Shown: positions 59,911 through 64,000 of the stretch, piece after piece
Layout of the letters: the number at the start of each line of letters is the position of its first letter
Position numbering within the stretch: the stretch's first letter is position 1
Assembly (NCBI RefSeq): GCF_009914755.1
Contig: NC_060942.1
From: the human T2T-CHM13v2.0 reference genome, Homo sapiens
Reading direction: 5' to 3' (one strand)
Length of the DNA stretch: 64,000 nt
The notes under the pieces: generated by a model
Seen by the model: only the letters and a program-made list of their open reading frames with translations
The model's database searches: none
What the model was told of the DNA's origin: nothing
Position numbers and translations under genes: made by a program

Positions 59911-61370
59911 CCCTAACACTTCCCATCACAAAACCAATTTTTTTGAGGATTACCAGGCTCGTGTTTTCTCTCTAGTATGTCAGGGTTTGTGATACTTCTG
60001 GTCAGAGTGTGGAAAGAGTTTGGGCTATCAGCACAGGCCATATTCTGTTTGCTTCATATGCATTTGGAGACATGAAATGATATTTTACTGGTTAAGTTTC
60101 CGCTAAGTGCTTAGATTTTCTTTATTGCGTTTCTCTTACACTGTTAAACAAAATATTGTGTGGCTAAATGATTTCAGCCTATCTAATTTGCTTGACAATT
60201 AGACAGTCGTTCTAGCCTTAGGAACAAAATATGTTCATCATAAAAAAATTAAGAATGTGATCTAAAGTTCAAAGCTGAAATATTAAAACATTAATAAATA
60301 GAAAGCTTTAAGAACTATTCACTCAGTATGCAAAGAAACAGTCATTTCTCGCTGCTCTAAATTCTATTCCTGCACATAAAAGGAAAATATATCAAGTTTA
60401 ACAATTCAATACAAAAAAAAACCCTGCAATGTGAGTTCTCCAAACAAACATCCCTATTATCCCTACATACAGGTATAGCCTTAGGTTATATTTTTATGAT
60501 TTCATTTTTGAGATATATACAAAACATGCATATGGTTTTCATCACTAGAAATAAACTACACTGAGTCCTTTGGGTTTGCTTTCTTTATTTCTTTATTATA
60601 TGTTTAATTGATCACGTACTTTATAACTTTCAGTATTTTGACATTTTAGAGTACAGCAATGTGCTGTATTGCTGTAATCCACATATAGTTATATTTGGAA
60701 TGATACGTTATGCTTGAGTTAGAAAAATAATTTGACACATCCACTACCGATAACACATGTTCAGTGGATATCATGCCTGCCAGAAATATTTCCATTTACA
60801 CACTGCTAGCTCTCATACATAATTACTTACTTGTTCATCTCAGGACATAGTGTCAGCTTGTACTATGTAATATAAAATAATCTTATCTAGTTGCATAATG
60901 AATTTTATTATCTGAGAGTTGTTTATATTTGATGGCATTTTCCCTCTTAGAGAAAATGAATTTTAATGAGAGAAAAATTGCTAATGTTTTTAAAGCCAGC
61001 ACTCACATTTTGGCATTACAGCATATTTGGAGTGCCCGGTGATTAGGATCACTGTTCTTTGGTGGCAGCGTGTGAGGTCTGTGAAATGTGGGAAATGGTC
61101 TGTAACCTAATGGATCTCATAAGAACTATACATATTGAAAGGTGATTAATTTAAAATAAGGGATGAGTTGAGGATAATGATTGCTTTGGAGTTGAGCGAA
61201 AAGAGAGGTTACTATGAACCAAAAGAGAAGATGCATGAAGATGAACAAAATGTGAAGATGCACCAAGAAATGGCTATTGTAGTAGTAGAAGTAGAGAGAA
61301 ATGCAGAGTGAGATGAGGGGGAGAGAGAAGACTGGAGGCACAAAAAGACTTTATCAAGGCTGAATTTTTA

Positions 61371-61664
61371 TTTTATTTTATTTTATTTTGAGACGGAGTC
61401 TTGCACTGTCGCCCAGGCTGGAGTGCAGTCGCACCATCTCGGCTCACTGCAAGCTCCGCTTCCTGGGTTCACACCATTCTCCTGCCTCAGCCTCCCGAGT
61501 AGCTACAGGCGCCCGCCACCACATCCAGCTAATTTTTTGTACTTTTAGTAGAGACGGGGTTTCACCATGTTAGCCAGAATGGTCTCGATCTCCTGACCTC
61601 ATCATCTGCCCGCCTCAGCCTCCCAAAGTGCTGGGATTACAGTCGTGAACCACCGCGCCTGGCC
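61371..61664 (-). mobile_element. Alu (AluY/AluSc8-like; youngest Alu here)
   Basis: 'gcaagctccgc...ttcacaccattctcc' diagnostics with many CpGs retained; near-TSD ctgaat(g)tttta on both sides. Confidence 0.92.
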
Positions 61665-61714
61665 CTGAATGTTTTAATAAGCAACAAATGACTGATGTTC
61701 CTAAAGTAATCCAT

Positions 61715-61925
61715 TCAAATTCACATACTTTAATAGAAAAATAGGCAAAGGACATGAACCATCAGTTTATAAAAGAGGAGATGCAGATGATCAATATATG
61801 TATTAAAGGCTGCACAACTTCATTAATAAGCAACAAAATGGAAATTTTCAAAGTAAAATGCTAGGTATCACATCATATTGACAACTTTTGAAATCCCATT
61901 AGGGTACAGTGAAAAGGGCATCCTT
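61715..61925 (+). mobile_element. Old L1 ORF2 3' remnant
   Basis: 'aaaaataggcaaaggacatgaac...aaaagaggagatgcagatgatcaata...acaacttcattaataa'. Confidence 0.65.
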
Positions 61926-61984
61926 GTCTGTGGTGACAGAGAGAGACTCTGCTTCAAAAAAAAGGGGTTGGCGGGGTGGAAATT

Positions 61985-62264
61985 GAGACACAGGGAGAGA
62001 ATGTGAAGAGACACGGGGAGAAGGCTGCGGGAGGACAGAGGCAGAGATTGGAGGGGTCCTGCCACAACCCAGGGAACATCTGGGCCACCAGAAGCTGAAA
62101 GAACAAGGAAGGGTCCTTCCTCTACAGGTTTCAGAGGGGGCATGGCTCTACCAGCATCTGGATTTGGGATTTCTGGGCTCTGGAACTGTGAGATAATAAA
62201 TTTCTCTGGTTCTGATCCGCCCAATTTAGGGTACTTTTTACAGCAGCCCTAGGAAATTAGCACA
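61985..62264 (+). mobile_element. MaLR LTR 3' part (MLT1C-like)
   Basis: 'gaggcagagattggag...gccaccagaagctg...ctctggaactgtgagataataaatttc...ttacagcagccctaggaaattagcaca'. Confidence 0.85.
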
Positions 62265-62689
62265 GAATCCAAGTGGGACAGCCGAGGTCATGGGTGGATA
62301 TGAAACTGTAGAGTTCAAAGGAGAGATCTGGACTAGAGAAATAAAATTTGGAGTTTTCACCACATGATACTTCACCAGAATAGAAATTGGTACAGTTTTG
62401 TGGGGAAGCAATTTATAGCTTGCACCACTACTCAAACATGAGTCTCAGGTAAATTAATATACTTAGAATTTCTTCTAAGGGAATTTTCCAATGCAGTGAT
62501 TTATAGATAGGATTGATGGTCACGGGATTATATATGACAGTGAAATATTTGGGCACTACCTACGTTTCCAATAATGGTGACATAAATAAATGATGGTGCA
62601 CATTTCATTAAGTGCGGTTAGTCATTAAATCCTGTGTTTTCAGGAAAAGAATTCATGACATAGAGAAATGATGAAATAAGTGGTACAGT

Positions 62690-62850
62690 AAAATCCAAAT
62701 GTCATTTAAAATAAAAATGTATAAAAAAGACTGGATAGGAATACTCTGAAGTGTTAGCAATTCTGAATAGTGAAATAATGATTTGTATTTTCTTAGATCT
62801 TCTCTATATGTTTTAGATTTTATGCAATGAAAATGAATTATTTTTAGAGA
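62690..62850 (+). mobile_element. L1ME-like 3' end remnant
   Basis: 'aaaaaagactggataggaatactctgaagtgttagca...ttttatgcaatgaaaatgaattatttt'. Confidence 0.5.
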
Positions 62851-63399
62851 AATTATATTACATGTTCTTGTATTTTAACAATTTATTGAGACAGAAAAAA
62901 TAAAATAGGTAGAGTGGAGTCCCAAAGAGAGGGACTGATTTTATGAATCAGTAAATGCCAGTGTTATCCCTGGACCAGCAATGAGGTTGCTGAATAAAAA
63001 AGTGTATGTTTGTGTGTGTTGGTGTGTTGTAAAGCTAGGAAAAATGTTTGGCAGTTTGAAAGAAATATATCTGCCAACAAATATTCAGAAATTACGTGCC
63101 ATATTTTTTAAAAAAGAAAACTTTAAGCATTCTTTATAGTAGGAGAAACAGGGACTACCGAGGTCAGAGGAAATGAGCAGAGTCTAGAACCTCAGGGAGC
63201 AACAAAGGATGGGCATGGTCAGCAACCATAACCGTAAGCTGAGCTCTTTCAGACTCCTGCAGGCCTTGGCCTGATGCGTGCTCTCCTGTGCAGCCACGCC
63301 ACTTGTACACAGTTCATTTTAGTGCAGGCGAGTTATCTAAATCCCACAGTAAACACCCTCAGTATGACTAGTGCACAGGTACATGCTGAATATGTGTCT

Positions 63400-64000
<601 letters not shown>

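Overview
This window is primate (very probably human) nuclear non-coding DNA, about 40% GC and CpG-depleted. It has no CpG island, and I found no recognisable protein-coding exon, RNA gene or CRISPR array. Much of it is transposon-derived: a full-length but decayed L1PA7-like LINE-1 (minus strand, 443-7238, 16-bp TSD) inserted into an L2 and carrying an AluSp; 14 near-complete Alus plus an Alu tail stub; MaLR LTRs (MSTA, THE1 fragment, MLT1A, MLT1C); an LTR8-family solo LTR; a four-layer nest (L2 > MER57-family LTR > deleted MER50 provirus > two Alus); a MER47A Tigger MITE; and many MIR, L2 and L1M remnants. The ORFs in the track are L1 ORF1/ORF2 fragments, Alu-derived frames or chance ORFs. 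The full-length L1 and most LTRs lie on the minus strand, which is compatible with an intron of a plus-strand gene, but I could not identify the host gene. The sequence does not support a new biological system. The best leads are: (1) an L1 antisense-promoter/ORF0 region with a splice donor facing a 274-nt AG-free tract and an antisense-Alu acceptor; (2) a tandemly duplicated His-type primer-binding site in the MER50 provirus; (3) a possible short 3' extension of an AluJ; (4) several candidate cis-regulatory clusters. Repeat subfamily names come from recalled consensus sequences, not database searches.
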